Origin: Haloferax volcanii DS2 | GTDB taxonomy: Archaea > Halobacteriota > Halobacteria > Halobacteriales > Haloferacaceae | Reading direction: 5' to 3' | DNA: 32,000 nt | NCBI RefSeq assembly: GCF_000025685.1 | Contig: NC_013967.1 | Span: 2,400,001-2,432,000 of the forward strand | In this document: positions 1 to 9,089 of the stretch, in pieces | Numbering within the stretch: position 1 is the stretch's first letter | Layout: each line of letters starts with the position of its first letter | The notes under the pieces: model-generated | Seen by the model: the letters and a program-made list of their open reading frames with translations, nothing else | What the model was told of the DNA's origin: nothing | Databases searched by the model: none | Made by a program: the position numbers and the translations under genes

Positions 1-158
1 CCGGCCGCGATGGAGACGCCGGCGACGTCCACCGGACCGGGACGGACGGGCCCGTCGTCGGTGGGGTCCGCGATGACCCCCGGAACGACGGCGGCGGCGA
101 CGAGCGCCACGACGACGACGCCGACCGCTCCGGCCGTGAGGAGGGCGTTTCTTTCCAT
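1..158 (-). CDS. Hypothetical membrane-anchored or secreted protein, N-terminal fragment (gene continues beyond the window start)
   Basis: ATG at 158-156. Hand translation gives MERNALLTAGAVGVVVVALVAAAVVPGVIADPTDDGP..., a hydrophobic signal/anchor segment. A T-rich box lies about 29 nt upstream. The ORF is open to the window edge. Confidence 0.4.
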   Translation of the reverse strand, partial: MERNALLTAGAVGVVVVALVAAAVVPGVIADPTDDGPVRPGPVDVAGVSIAA

Positions 159-338
159 GCCCGACTGACATTTACGATTGGGTAAATGTTTTGTCCCCGA
201 TGGGTTGGCGGAGCGGGCGACACAACGGCGAGACCACGGCCGCGGAGACACCGTGGCCGCGGGGACCCGCCCGTCAGCGGGAGTGTCACGACGAGTGTGA
301 ACACACGCTTTGCTCTCGGGGCGCCTATCTCTGCTACC

Positions 339-497
339 ATGTCGAAGGCGATGCAACAGGCGACGTGTTCGTGCGGGTTCAGCGTGACCTCCGAGAACAG
401 AAACGAGGTCGTGAAAGTGATTCAGCACCACGCCCACGACGAGCACGGAAAAGAGATGACGAGAGACGACGTGCTGGCGATGATGAAGCAGGCCTGA
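339..497 (+). CDS. Small DUF1059-like protein (52 aa)
   Basis: Internal ATG at 339 of track ORF 186..497. The product MSKAMQQATCSCGFSVTSENRNEVVKVIQHHAHDEHGKEMTRDDVLAMMKQA resembles the DUF1059 pattern (Cys pair, then the H..H.E.HG helix). The upstream 51 codons are Arg/Gly-rich junk. Confidence 0.6.
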   Translation: MSKAMQQATCSCGFSVTSENRNEVVKVIQHHAHDEHGKEMTRDDVLAMMKQA

Positions 498-517
498 CGA
501 GCGCGGTCGGGCGTGGA

Positions 518-525
518 TTTTTATA
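518..525 (+). promoter_or_regulatory. Candidate TATA box for the usp gene (leaderless transcript)
   Basis: TTTTTATA is centred about 26 nt upstream of the ATG at 548, in otherwise GC-rich DNA. Confidence 0.4.
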
Positions 526-547
526 GGACGGCGTAGCGATATGTGGC

Positions 548-949
548 ATGGCAACATACGTTATCGGGACGAACTCGGTCCACACGAGCGCCGAAGTCTG
601 CGACTACCTCTCGCGGCGCATCGACGCCGGCGACGTGGTCCACGTCGTCAACTCCCACCCCGGCGGCGACGACACCGACAGCGAGGACGTCCGCGACGGC
701 GAAGACGCGCTGAACGTCGTCGTCTCCCGACTCGGTGACCTCGTGGACGTAGAGACCCACCAGTACATCCGCGGCAACGACGCCGCCGACGACGTCCTCC
801 AGTGCGCCGACGAACACGACGCCGACGAAATCGTCATCGGCATCCGAAAGCGCAATCCGACCTCGAAAATCGTCTTCGGGAGCACGGCACAGGACGTGCT
901 ATTACACTCGAACACCCCGATGGCGGTCGTCCCGCTCGAAACAGTCTGA
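548..949 (+). CDS. Universal stress protein (UspA family)
   Basis: 133 aa with an ATG start. The C-terminal motif EIVIGIRKRNPTSKIVFGSTAQDVLLHSNTPMAVVP is typical of the USP ATP-binding fold. Confidence 0.85.
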   Translation: MATYVIGTNSVHTSAEVCDYLSRRIDAGDVVHVVNSHPGGDDTDSEDVRDGEDALNVVVSRLGDLVDVETHQYIRGNDAADDVLQCADEHDADEIVIGIRKRNPTSKIVFGSTAQDVLLHSNTPMAVVPLETV

Positions 950-979
950 GTGGCGCGCCCGAGACTGGCCGCGGCCGAC

Positions 980-1708
980 TCAGTTCCCGCTTCGATACTC
1001 GACGAGTTCCATCTCGAACGCCGGCGTGTCGTCGCCTTCCTCCTCGTAGAACGCCACGTAGCCCGGCAGCGGGCTCTCCGGGGTGACGCAACTCTCCCAG
1101 AAGGCGCTCCCGTTCGTCCGGACCACGAACGCCGCACACTCTAAGCCGGCGTAGGTCGATAGCGCTTCGACTTCGAAGCTGACGGTCCCGTTGGGGCCCG
1201 AGGACTCCCAGCTGTCGCCGACGCTGAGGGTCTCGCCGTCGACGCCGTTGTAGTACGGCGAGTCGAATCCGAGGGTGGCGACCGACCCTGACGGCGTCCC
1301 GGCGAGTTCGCCGTACACCTCGTCCGGCGGCGCGGTCACGGTCTGTTCGGTCGTCCCGTTGGGCGTGACCAGTTTCGTCCGAACCGTCGCCTCGTCGTCG
1401 GTCGCGGAGACGACCTCCCACTCGTAGGTCGCGGTGCCGTCGATGCTCCGACTCTCGATATCGTAGCGGTAGTACTGCCCGGTCCGGTACCGCTGGTCCC
1501 ACGTCCCGTTGAACGAAAACGAGGCCCGTTCGGCGTCGCCGTCGCCGCTCTGGTCGGCCGATTCGCCGTCGGTGGCTGTCGCGGTCGCGTCTGTCGCACC
1601 CGTCGATGCGTCGGTTGCGGTCGTGGCGTCGCCGCCGACGCCGCCCCCGCACCCGGCGAGGAGAACCATGAGTGCCGCGAGAAGCACTCGCGCTGCTGTG
1701 GGTTGCAT
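980..1708 (-). CDS. Secreted lipoprotein, function unknown
   Basis: The ATG at 1708 gives MQPTAARVLLAALMVLLAGCGG, a signal peptide plus LAGC lipobox, followed by a Thr/Asp/Ala-rich linker. The track start at 1717 is a GTG three codons upstream. Confidence 0.7.
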   Translation of the reverse strand: MQPTAARVLLAALMVLLAGCGGGVGGDATTATDASTGATDATATATDGESADQSGDGDAERASFSFNGTWDQRYRTGQYYRYDIESRSIDGTATYEWEVVSATDDEATVRTKLVTPNGTTEQTVTAPPDEVYGELAGTPSGSVATLGFDSPYYNGVDGETLSVGDSWESSGPNGTVSFEVEALSTYAGLECAAFVVRTNGSAFWESCVTPESPLPGYVAFYEEEGDDTPAFEMELVEYRSGN

Positions 1709-1796
1709 ACAGGACACGAGAGGCCACCCGGGGTCATAATAGACACGTCAGACGGCGCGACGCGGCGGCGCGGCCGAACGGGCAGGGACGACCCAG

Positions 1797-3047
1797 TCAG
1801 TTGTCGTCGTTGTCGTCGTCGGCTTCGAGCACCTTCTCGGCGAGCGTCGGCACGAACGTCCCGATGTCCGTGACCATCCCGATGGCCTGCGAGGAGCCGC
1901 GGTCGAGCAGTTGCGTGACGGTCGCGGGGTTGATGTCCACGCAGACGGTCTTCGCCGTCGACGGCAGGCAGTTGCCGACGGCGACAGAGTGCAGGAGCGT
2001 CGAGAGCATCAGCACCATGTCGGCGCGGTGGGCCTGCTCGCGGATGGCGTTCTGCGCCTCGATGGTGTCGGTGATGGTGTCCGGCAGCGGGCCGTCGTCC
2101 CGAATCGACCCCGCGAGGACGTACGGCACGTCGTGTTTCACGCACTCGTACATCACGCCCGATTCGATGAGTCCCTCCTCGACGGCCTCGGCGATGCCGC
2201 CGGCTCGGATGACCTCGCTGATGGTGTAGATGTGGTGTTTGTGGCCCTTCCGGGGGTGTTCCATCGTCTCCATGTCCATCCCGAGGGAGGTGCCGTACAA
2301 CCCGCGTTCGATGTCGTGGGTGGCGAAGCCGTTGCCGGCCGAAATCATGTCCACGTAGCCCTCGCGGACGAGTTCGGCGAGGGCGTCGCCGCCGCCGGAG
2401 TGGATGAGCGCCGGCCCGGCGACGACGAGGACGTTCCCGCCGTCGGCTTTGGTTTCGCGGAGCGCCTCGGCAACCTCCTCGATGAGCGACTCCGAGGGGC
2501 GCTCCGAGGAGACGCCGCCCTGCATGAACCCGAAGGGACCGGAGGCGTCGCGGGGGCGCTCCGGCGGCTTGACGCGAATCCCCGCCTCGTCGGTGACGAC
2601 GAGGTCGCCCTCCTCGATGCCGTTGAGGACCTTCGTGGAGGCCCGCGGGCCGTCGTCGGTCTCCTCGATGACTATCGCACAATCCATCTCGATGTCCTCG
2701 ACCGGGAGCCACTCGCCTTGATACCGAACGTCGGTCGGGTGGTTCGTCGTCGAGTAAAAGCCCACGGGGACGACCCGGTCGGCCGGCGAGGCCTCGACGC
2801 GGGCGTCGACGGGGTCCGTGAGGTTCGCGCCGATTTGGTGGAGTTCGTGCAGTATCTCCTGGAGCGTCTCGCGGTCGTCCGCGGACACCGACATCCGGCA
2901 GTAGGAGGGCTCGTCTTTCTGCCGGCCGACGTCGAACTGTTCGACGTCGAAGTCGCCGCCGAGGTCCATCACGATGCCCATGGCCTGTTGCATCATCCCC
3001 GAGTCGATGATGTGGCCGTCGAGTTCGACCGTGCGCGTGAACGTCAT
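1797..3047 (-). CDS. TIGR00300 / LOR-SDH conserved-domain family protein (ArgZ-like)
   Basis: 416 aa starting MTFTRTVELDGHIIDSGMMQQAMG... with the conserved blocks AGPALIHSGGG and ISAGNGFATHDIE. Only the C-terminal 416 codons of the 951-aa track ORF look like protein. ATG verified at 3047. Confidence 0.85.
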   Translation of the reverse strand: MTFTRTVELDGHIIDSGMMQQAMGIVMDLGGDFDVEQFDVGRQKDEPSYCRMSVSADDRETLQEILHELHQIGANLTDPVDARVEASPADRVVPVGFYSTTNHPTDVRYQGEWLPVEDIEMDCAIVIEETDDGPRASTKVLNGIEEGDLVVTDEAGIRVKPPERPRDASGPFGFMQGGVSSERPSESLIEEVAEALRETKADGGNVLVVAGPALIHSGGGDALAELVREGYVDMISAGNGFATHDIERGLYGTSLGMDMETMEHPRKGHKHHIYTISEVIRAGGIAEAVEEGLIESGVMYECVKHDVPYVLAGSIRDDGPLPDTITDTIEAQNAIREQAHRADMVLMLSTLLHSVAVGNCLPSTAKTVCVDINPATVTQLLDRGSSQAIGMVTDIGTFVPTLAEKVLEADDDNDDN

Positions 3048-3157
3048 CGACGGAGAGAGGGGAAAGGCGGCAAAGTGGGTTACGGACGCGCGGACGGGGC
3101 GACGCTGAGAAAAGCCGGAGTCGGTCGGCGTCCAGTTGCGTCCAGTTCGGGTCGGGC

Positions 3158-3649
3158 TCAGAGGAAGAAGCTCTTGAACGTGTTGGCGACGGTCCAGACG
3201 ACCTGGTCGACGGGGTGGCCCCGCTCGCCGTTGACGCGGATGCGGTCGTCGGAGAGGGCGCTTCGCACCTCGGACATCGGCTCGGGCGACTCGGCGATGG
3301 TTTCGAGCGTCTCTCGGTCCGTCGTGATTCGGGTCGACGCCTCGCTGTCGGGGCCGGTCGACAGGTCCTCGATTCGCATATCGTCTCGCACCGACGCGGA
3401 GAACACCCGAGTCTCGCCCCCGTCTTCGACGTAGACGTTCACCGTTCGCCCCGCGATGAGACTCCGGGCGAACGAGACGTCTAACTCTTCGACGTTGTCG
3501 TTGTACAGCGCGACCCCCTCTTCGAGGAGCCGTTGTGTGTCGGCGTCGCTCGGCGTCTCCGACTCCTGTGCGACCACCGGCGCGGACGCGGCCACCGTGA
3601 CGAGCGCGACGGCGAGGAACAACGAGACGAGACGGGTGGATGTGGACAT
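3158..3649 (-). CDS. Secreted hypothetical protein (possibly an SCP2-like C-terminal region)
   Basis: The ATG at 3649 gives MSTSTRLVSLFLAVALVTVAASAPVVAQE, a signal peptide. The mature part is acidic. The family assignment is tentative. Confidence 0.6.
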   Translation of the reverse strand: MSTSTRLVSLFLAVALVTVAASAPVVAQESETPSDADTQRLLEEGVALYNDNVEELDVSFARSLIAGRTVNVYVEDGGETRVFSASVRDDMRIEDLSTGPDSEASTRITTDRETLETIAESPEPMSEVRSALSDDRIRVNGERGHPVDQVVWTVANTFKSFFL

Positions 3650-3718
3650 TTCTGTGTGGTATAGGCCTGCCGAGGTCATAATGGTTCGCGCGAGCGTTCA
3701 ACGGATTGACGGCTTCCG

Positions 3719-4660
3719 TCAGCGAACCGTTCGGAGGAACGACAGGAGATGGCCGAACGTCTGTTCGAACGCCCGGTCGTAGTGGTCGAAGTGACCCGCG
3801 GGGAGTTCGACGAGCGTTGCGTCCGGAAGTTCGTCCGCGAGGGCGGCGACCGCGTCGGCGGGCGCGAGGTCGTCGCGAGTTCCCGAAACGAGGAGCGTCG
3901 GGCAGGTGATCGCGTCCGGGTCGGGAAGCGCTCGGTAGCGAAGTAACGAGAGGAACAGCCGAGCGGGCGTCTCGTCGCGCCACGCGCTCCCCGGCGGCAC
4001 GAGGTCGCGGTAGGCGGCGCGCACGCCGGGGTCCTCGAAGACGGCCATCGACGAGCCGTCGCCGACGACCGGGACGCGATACGGACCCAAAAGCCGCGAC
4101 TGGAGTCTGTCTCGGACGCCGGCCGCGAGGGCGGCGAGCGCGCCTTTGACGCCGCGGCCCCGCGTGACGGCTTTCCCGTCGAGCATCGGATTCTGGGCGG
4201 CGACGGCGGCGACGCGACCGTCTTCGGCCGCCGCGCGGAGGGCGTAGCCGCCGGAGAGCCCCGCGCCCCAGAGGACGAGCGAGCGGGAGTCGATTTCGTC
4301 GCGCCCGCGGAGCCCCGAGAGCGCGGCGTGCCAGTCGACAATCTGCGAGTCGGGGTCGACGAGGTTCCGGGGCTCGCCGTCGGAGTCGCCGGTGTGTCGG
4401 TAGTCGAAGAGGAACGCCGCGTAGCCAGCCTCGGCCAGTCGCTCGGCGTAGGGTCGAAGCCCGAAGCGACGCTCCGCGGCGAGTTCGCCCGCCATGACGA
4501 CTACCGGCGGCGACTCGACGCCGTCGGGTCGGTAGAGCCAGCCCGCGCAGTTCGACCCCTCGCTGTCGAACGTCAGCGCGACGCGCGAGTACTCGAAGTG
4601 CGAGGGCCGACGCGGGCCGCGCGCGGCGGGCGGCTCGCCGCGGTGTCGCCACGCGCTCAC
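3719..4660 (-). CDS. Alpha/beta hydrolase fold protein
   Basis: Nucleophile elbow G-L-S-G-G in LVLWGAGLSGGYA and a C-terminal His region (PAGHFDHYD). The GTG start at 4660 overlaps the upstream stop as GTGA. No in-frame ATG lies upstream of the conserved region other than the ORF-initial ATG at 4765, which precedes an Arg-rich junk segment. Confidence 0.8.
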   Translation of the reverse strand: MSAWRHRGEPPAARGPRRPSHFEYSRVALTFDSEGSNCAGWLYRPDGVESPPVVVMAGELAAERRFGLRPYAERLAEAGYAAFLFDYRHTGDSDGEPRNLVDPDSQIVDWHAALSGLRGRDEIDSRSLVLWGAGLSGGYALRAAAEDGRVAAVAAQNPMLDGKAVTRGRGVKGALAALAAGVRDRLQSRLLGPYRVPVVGDGSSMAVFEDPGVRAAYRDLVPPGSAWRDETPARLFLSLLRYRALPDPDAITCPTLLVSGTRDDLAPADAVAALADELPDATLVELPAGHFDHYDRAFEQTFGHLLSFLRTVR

Positions 4661-5013
4661 GCGTCGCCCTCCTCGTAGAGGCTGTCGAGGACGCGCTGGG
4701 ACAACTCCTCGTCGTCGAGCGCGTAATCGTTGTACGCGCGAATCCAGTCGGCTTCGAGCGTCCACGTCGCCTGCACGTCGCCTTCGCTTCGGAGCACCGT
4801 CGCCTCGACGGTTCTCGGTTCGAACTCGTCGTCGCGGGCGTGTTCGAGGAAGGACGTGACCGCGCGGCCCACTTCGCCGTGATCGGGTTCGACGTCCGGG
4901 AACGCCGTGAGATACGTCAGCGAGACGGCGTCGTCGAGCGAGACCGATTCGACGCTGATGCCGTTGCCGCGGAGCGCCTCCTCGACGGCGGTCGCCGGTT
5001 CGAGGTCGTTCAT
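4657..5013 (-). CDS. Hypothetical acidic cytoplasmic protein (118 aa)
   Basis: ATG at 5013, acidic halophile-type composition, stop overlapping the start of the hydrolase gene. No family recognised. Confidence 0.6.
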   Translation of the reverse strand: MNDLEPATAVEEALRGNGISVESVSLDDAVSLTYLTAFPDVEPDHGEVGRAVTSFLEHARDDEFEPRTVEATVLRSEGDVQATWTLEADWIRAYNDYALDDEELSQRVLDSLYEEGDA

Positions 5014-5035
5014 ACCACGCGATACGACTGCCGGC

Positions 5036-5044
5036 GGCTAAACG
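5036..5044 (-). promoter_or_regulatory. Candidate TATA box (CGTTTAGCC on the minus strand)
   Basis: The T-run begins 29 nt upstream of the ATG at 5013. The same TTTAGCC core occurs upstream of mch. Confidence 0.3.
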
Positions 5045-5114
5045 TTTGCCGCGAGACAGAACGACGCGCGGGTCCGACCGACGGCGTCGCGTCGGGTCGA
5101 CGGGACGAACCGGG

Positions 5115-5843
5115 TCAGTCCGCGCTCGCGTCGGCCCGGCGAAGCGCGTCGTGGAGCGAAAACAGCGGCTCGATGTCGCCGGCGGCGTAGTCGACGAGGA
5201 GTCGAGTGAGTTCGGCGTGCGTCCGCGTGTGGTCGAGTTCCGCGACGACGCCCTCGACGTACGCCTCGCCCAGCGCCTCGCCGACGTGCGCGCCCTTGAC
5301 GTGGTCGGCCTCGACGCCGAGGCGGTCGAGGTAGCCCGCCGGGAGGTCGTAGTCGTCGTACCAGACGGTCGGCTGGTCGACGCCCGCCTCCTTGCACGCC
5401 TTCCACAGCGCCGGGATGTCGCGGTTCGGCCGGACCGCCTCCGGGTACGCCTCGGCGGCGAGCGTCCCGAGGTCGACGTGGTCCGCGAACAGCGCGTCGA
5501 TTCGACGCGGCGCGTCCGCCCAGACGCCGGCGTCGGCGACGCGGTCAGCCCACGCGCGGAGGTGGTGTTCGTCGAAGTACTCGCCGTTGTAGGTGACGAC
5601 GCCCTCGCCGCCCGCGCCGCGGGCCTCGCACCACTCGACGACCCGCCGGAGGAGGTCGGCGGTGTGGTCGAGCGACCAGTCGCCGTTGCGGAGGAGCACC
5701 TCGACGTCGACGGTAGCGTCGTCGCCGGCGCGGTGGCCGAGACCGACGGCGACCAACTCGAAGTCGTCGGTGTTTCGGAAGTCGCTCGGCTGACCGTTCG
5801 GGCTTGCCGTCTCGATGTCGACCGCGAGTCGCCCCTCGTGCAT
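5115..5843 (-). CDS. RNase H-like / DEDDy 3'-5' exonuclease-fold protein (family-B polymerase exonuclease-like)
   Basis: 242 aa with three motifs in canonical order: LAVDIETAS (ExoI, DxE), VVTYNGEYFDEHHL (ExoII, NxxxFD) and LLVDYAAGDIEPL (ExoIII, YxxxD). Confidence 0.65.
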   Translation of the reverse strand: MHEGRLAVDIETASPNGQPSDFRNTDDFELVAVGLGHRAGDDATVDVEVLLRNGDWSLDHTADLLRRVVEWCEARGAGGEGVVTYNGEYFDEHHLRAWADRVADAGVWADAPRRIDALFADHVDLGTLAAEAYPEAVRPNRDIPALWKACKEAGVDQPTVWYDDYDLPAGYLDRLGVEADHVKGAHVGEALGEAYVEGVVAELDHTRTHAELTRLLVDYAAGDIEPLFSLHDALRRADASAD

Positions 5844-6013
5844 ACCCCGCTGTTCCGCCGGCGGGAGTCAAAAGTGGCCGGATTATCCGGCGAGTCGGGC
5901 GATCCGAGACGAACGCGCCGCTATCCGGTCGAGCGCGGCAGAAATGAAGTGAACTGGAAGTGACGTTCGCCGCGGGTGTGCGGCGGCAGTCGAGCGCGTC
6001 GGGGCTCGGCTCG

Positions 6014-7483
6014 CTACTCGGAGCCGAACATGTTGCGCATCATCGGGTGCATCTCCATGAGCTGTTCCTCCGCGATCTCCTCGTACAGCTTGTACGTGAT
6101 GGAGACTGTAAGGAGTAGCCCCGTCCCGGAGACTGCGCCGATGGTGCCGAGCATGTTCGCCATGACGGCGAGCAGGCCGACGAGCGCGCCACCGATGACG
6201 GTCACCTGCGGGATGTACCGCTCCATGACCCGCTCTATCACCTGCGGGTTACGGCGGAACCCGGGAATCTGCATCCCGGAGTTCTGAATCTGCTGCGCGG
6301 TCGATTTCGGACCCATTCCCGTCGTCTCGACCCAGAATATCGCGAACACCGCGCCACCGACGATCATGAAGATCAGGTCGATGAGCACGCGGATGGCGAT
6401 ATCGAGCGGGTCGGCCGACGTGAGTCCGAGGAACCACATCCAGTCGGACCGCGACTGGATGGGCGCGAGATAGTAGAGCAGGCCACCTGTGACCTGTCCG
6501 CTCGTGTACTGGCCGAGCCACGCTGGCATGCCGACCCACGAGGAGTTGAGGAAGCGCCCGAGGAACTGGATGTTCGCTTGCAGGGCGCGAACGAGGATCA
6601 TCGGCAGGACGCTCGCATAGATGAGCTTCACCGGGAAGCGGCCGCGGGCACCCTTCACGCGGGCGTGCGAGAGGGGAATCTCGACGCGGACGCTCTCGGC
6701 GTAGACGACGATGCCGAAGATGAGCAACGTCGTGATGAGCGCGAGCAGCTGTCCCTGACCGAGGAAGACCGTCGACAGCAGGTCGGTCGGCGAGGCCGGT
6801 AGTTCGATGGCACCGGTGATGATGCCGATCCACGTCGCGAAGAAGCCCGACGTGCCGCCGAGGCCCTGCCAGCTGAACAGCCCGCCGACGAGCTGTTGGC
6901 TGACGCCGGCGATAATGAACAGGCCGACCCCGGAGCCGACGCCCCACTTGCTGACGATCTCGTCCATGAAGAGGATGAGGACGCCACCGACGGCGATCTG
7001 CGCGAAGATGAGTCCCTTCACGCCGACCGTGCCGATACCGAGCGATGTCGCTACGGCCTGGTCGGCCGGCAGGAAGTTGCCGGCGAACACCATCGGCAGG
7101 CCCGTCAGGCAGATCATGACCCCGACGAGCAGCTTCTGCAGTCCCTGATAGAGGACCTGATCGCGCGGGTTGTTGTCCGTGTCGAGCCCGAGCAGGTCAG
7201 CACCGCCGAGCAGTTGTAGAACGATGCTCGCGGTGACGATGGGACCGATGCCCAGTTGGAGCACCGAACCCTGCTGGCCGGCCAGGATGGACCGGAACTG
7301 ACCGAACAGGTCGTTCGCGGTCGCGGCGTCGAGGCCGAACAGCGTCACGTTCGTCAGGAAGAAGTACAAGACGAGAATGCCGCCGGTCCACCCGAGCTTC
7401 CGGCGGAACGGAACGTGTCCCTCCGGTCGGGCGACTGCGGGCATCCGCGAAAGCACTGGTTCGGCGGCGTCCTTCCATCCCAT
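6014..7483 (-). CDS. secY: Preprotein translocase subunit SecY
   Basis: 489 aa, multi-pass membrane protein in the canonical position after L15. The N-terminus reads MGWKDAAEPVLSRMPAVARPEGHVPFRRKLGWT. Confidence 0.97.
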   Translation of the reverse strand: MGWKDAAEPVLSRMPAVARPEGHVPFRRKLGWTGGILVLYFFLTNVTLFGLDAATANDLFGQFRSILAGQQGSVLQLGIGPIVTASIVLQLLGGADLLGLDTDNNPRDQVLYQGLQKLLVGVMICLTGLPMVFAGNFLPADQAVATSLGIGTVGVKGLIFAQIAVGGVLILFMDEIVSKWGVGSGVGLFIIAGVSQQLVGGLFSWQGLGGTSGFFATWIGIITGAIELPASPTDLLSTVFLGQGQLLALITTLLIFGIVVYAESVRVEIPLSHARVKGARGRFPVKLIYASVLPMILVRALQANIQFLGRFLNSSWVGMPAWLGQYTSGQVTGGLLYYLAPIQSRSDWMWFLGLTSADPLDIAIRVLIDLIFMIVGGAVFAIFWVETTGMGPKSTAQQIQNSGMQIPGFRRNPQVIERVMERYIPQVTVIGGALVGLLAVMANMLGTIGAVSGTGLLLTVSITYKLYEEIAEEQLMEMHPMMRNMFGSE

Positions 7484-7486
7484 GAT

Positions 7487-7984
7487 TTATTCCTCGTCGT
7501 CTTCGTCGGCGTCGGCCGATTCCTCGGCTTCAGCCGCTTCTTCCGCGCGTTCGGAGAGTTCGGCGTCGCCGCCGGCCTCTTCGATGAGTTCGACGGCACC
7601 GGCCGTGAAGGCGTCGGCGACGACGTGCAGTTCGTTGCGAACCTGCCCGCCGCCGAGCACCTTCACGACGTCCGCTTCCCAGCCGTCCTCGGCCACGTCG
7701 CGGGCGTCGATGACGTAGGTGTCGCCGTCCTTCTCGGCGACTCCGTCGGCCGCGAGGAGCGCCGCGTCCTCGTCGAGCTTCTGGACCTTGACTTCAGCGA
7801 CGTCGTCCTGCAGGACATCCGGTCGCTTGAAGCCGTGCTTGCCGAGCGGCTCGTAGTTGTGGAACTCGTGTTTGTCGCGTCCGGCGCGGCCGCGACCGCC
7901 GCGGTGACCGGCACCGCGTCGGTTCTTGTGCGTACCGCCGCTGTGCGTGCGGGAACCGCGTTGGCGTCGCTTCTTGGACGTCAT
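7487..7984 (-). CDS. rpl15: 50S ribosomal protein uL15
   Basis: MTSKKRRQRGSRTHSGGTHKNRRGAGHRGGRG..., with an acidic C-terminal tail. ATGA overlap with the L30 stop. Confidence 0.95.
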   Translation of the reverse strand: MTSKKRRQRGSRTHSGGTHKNRRGAGHRGGRGRAGRDKHEFHNYEPLGKHGFKRPDVLQDDVAEVKVQKLDEDAALLAADGVAEKDGDTYVIDARDVAEDGWEADVVKVLGGGQVRNELHVVADAFTAGAVELIEEAGGDAELSERAEEAAEAEESADADEDDEE

Positions 7985-8445
7985 CGCATGTCCTCCAGGA
8001 GTTCGTCGATCTGTTCGGTGCTGTGCTTACCGAGCTGGCCGCCTTCCTTGGTGACGTGCTTCTGTCCGCGGTGGCCGCCGCGCGGCGGGTGCAGACGGAT
8101 CACGGGGGAGACGCCCTGCTCTCGCAGCGTCGTCTCCTCGTCGACGATGGCCTGCGCGAGCGCAGCCACGTCGTCGTAGTCGGTGTTCTCGGAGACCCAC
8201 TCGTCGGTGATGTCGCCGTCGCCCTCCTCGGGCTCGGCGCGCGTGCTGATGAGGGTCTCGACGACGTCGACGCTCGGCTCGCCGTGCGCGACGAAGTCGT
8301 TGACCTTCGAAATCATCCCGCGGTAGGCGTCGGTCTCGGGCACGAACGTCGCGTGATTCACGCGGTGGATGTTGAGCATCGTGAGCGTGTCGCGGACGTC
8401 CTGTGCGATGTTGACCTCGCCGCGAAGCTGAACGATAGCCTGCAT
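7981..8445 (-). CDS. rpl30: 50S ribosomal protein uL30
   Basis: [36 protein letters not shown], matching archaeal L30. Operon position agrees. Confidence 0.95.
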   Translation of the reverse strand: MQAIVQLRGEVNIAQDVRDTLTMLNIHRVNHATFVPETDAYRGMISKVNDFVAHGEPSVDVVETLISTRAEPEEGDGDITDEWVSENTDYDDVAALAQAIVDEETTLREQGVSPVIRLHPPRGGHRGQKHVTKEGGQLGKHSTEQIDELLEDMR

Positions 8446-9089
8446 TATTCGCGCACCTCCTGACGGACTTCACGAGCGCGCCGCGGCGTGCGGGACTGCG
8501 ACGCGTTCTTGAGCGCGTTGTAGGTCGCCTTCGCGAGGTTGACCGTGGTCCGGGTGTTCCCGTCGCTCTTGGTCCAGGCGTCCTGGACGCCGGCGAGTTC
8601 GAGGATGTTCCGGACGGTCTCTGCGGCCGCGAGGCCGAGACCCTGCGGGGCGGGGATGATACGGACCGTCACGGAGCCGGCCTTGCCCTCTGCCTTGCGC
8701 GAGAGGGAGTTGAGGCCGCCTGCGCGGTCTTCCCACGACCCCGAGCCGCGGTCTACCTTGATGATGTTCAGTTTCGCCACCTCGATGGCTTTCTGGATGG
8801 CACCGCCGACCTGGTCGTCGCGGGCCTCAGCGTAGCCGAGGTAGCCGTCACGGTTCCCGACTGCGACGACACACCGGAACTTCACCCGGCGGCCGGAGTC
8901 GGTCATGCGCTGGACCATGTTGATGTCGAGCACCTCGTCGTCCAGTCCGGGAAGGAGCTGGTCGACGAGCTGGGGTTCCTTGAGCGGAAGTCCCGTCTCG
9001 AGCGCCTGGTCCATCGACGTGACGTCGCCGTTCTGCACCATGCGGCCGAGCCGCGTTCGCGGCTCCCAGCCGTTGTTATTGCTGCTCAT
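8445..9089 (-). CDS. rps5: 30S ribosomal protein uS5
   Basis: 214 aa, S5 dsRBD and C-terminal domain sequence. Operon position agrees. Confidence 0.95.
   Translation of the reverse strand: MSSNNNGWEPRTRLGRMVQNGDVTSMDQALETGLPLKEPQLVDQLLPGLDDEVLDINMVQRMTDSGRRVKFRCVVAVGNRDGYLGYAEARDDQVGGAIQKAIEVAKLNIIKVDRGSGSWEDRAGGLNSLSRKAEGKAGSVTVRIIPAPQGLGLAAAETVRNILELAGVQDAWTKSDGNTRTTVNLAKATYNALKNASQSRTPRRAREVRQEVRE

Noticed and set aside
186-338. N-terminal extension of ORF 186..497 and the overlapping ORF 191..526
   Set aside because: The translation is Arg/Gly/Pro-rich and non-protein-like. The conserved DUF1059-like sequence begins at the ATG at 339.
1336-2712. 458-aa minus-strand ORF and the 1911..3434 + ORF
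   Set aside because: They are out of frame or antisense relative to the TIGR00300 gene and the lipoprotein gene. Both are Arg-rich junk.
3048-4652. N-terminal 535 codons of the 951-aa track ORF 1797..4652
   Set aside because: The translation is extremely Arg/Pro/Ala-rich. It overlaps the secreted protein and alpha/beta hydrolase genes in other frames. The conserved TIGR00300 protein starts at the ATG at 3047.
5844-6013. Absence of adk/cmk after secY, and a small hairpin GCCGGA-TTA-TCCGGC at 5877-5891
   Set aside because: Gene content downstream of secY varies among archaea, and I cannot verify the expectation for this lineage. The hairpin is short and has no supporting signal.
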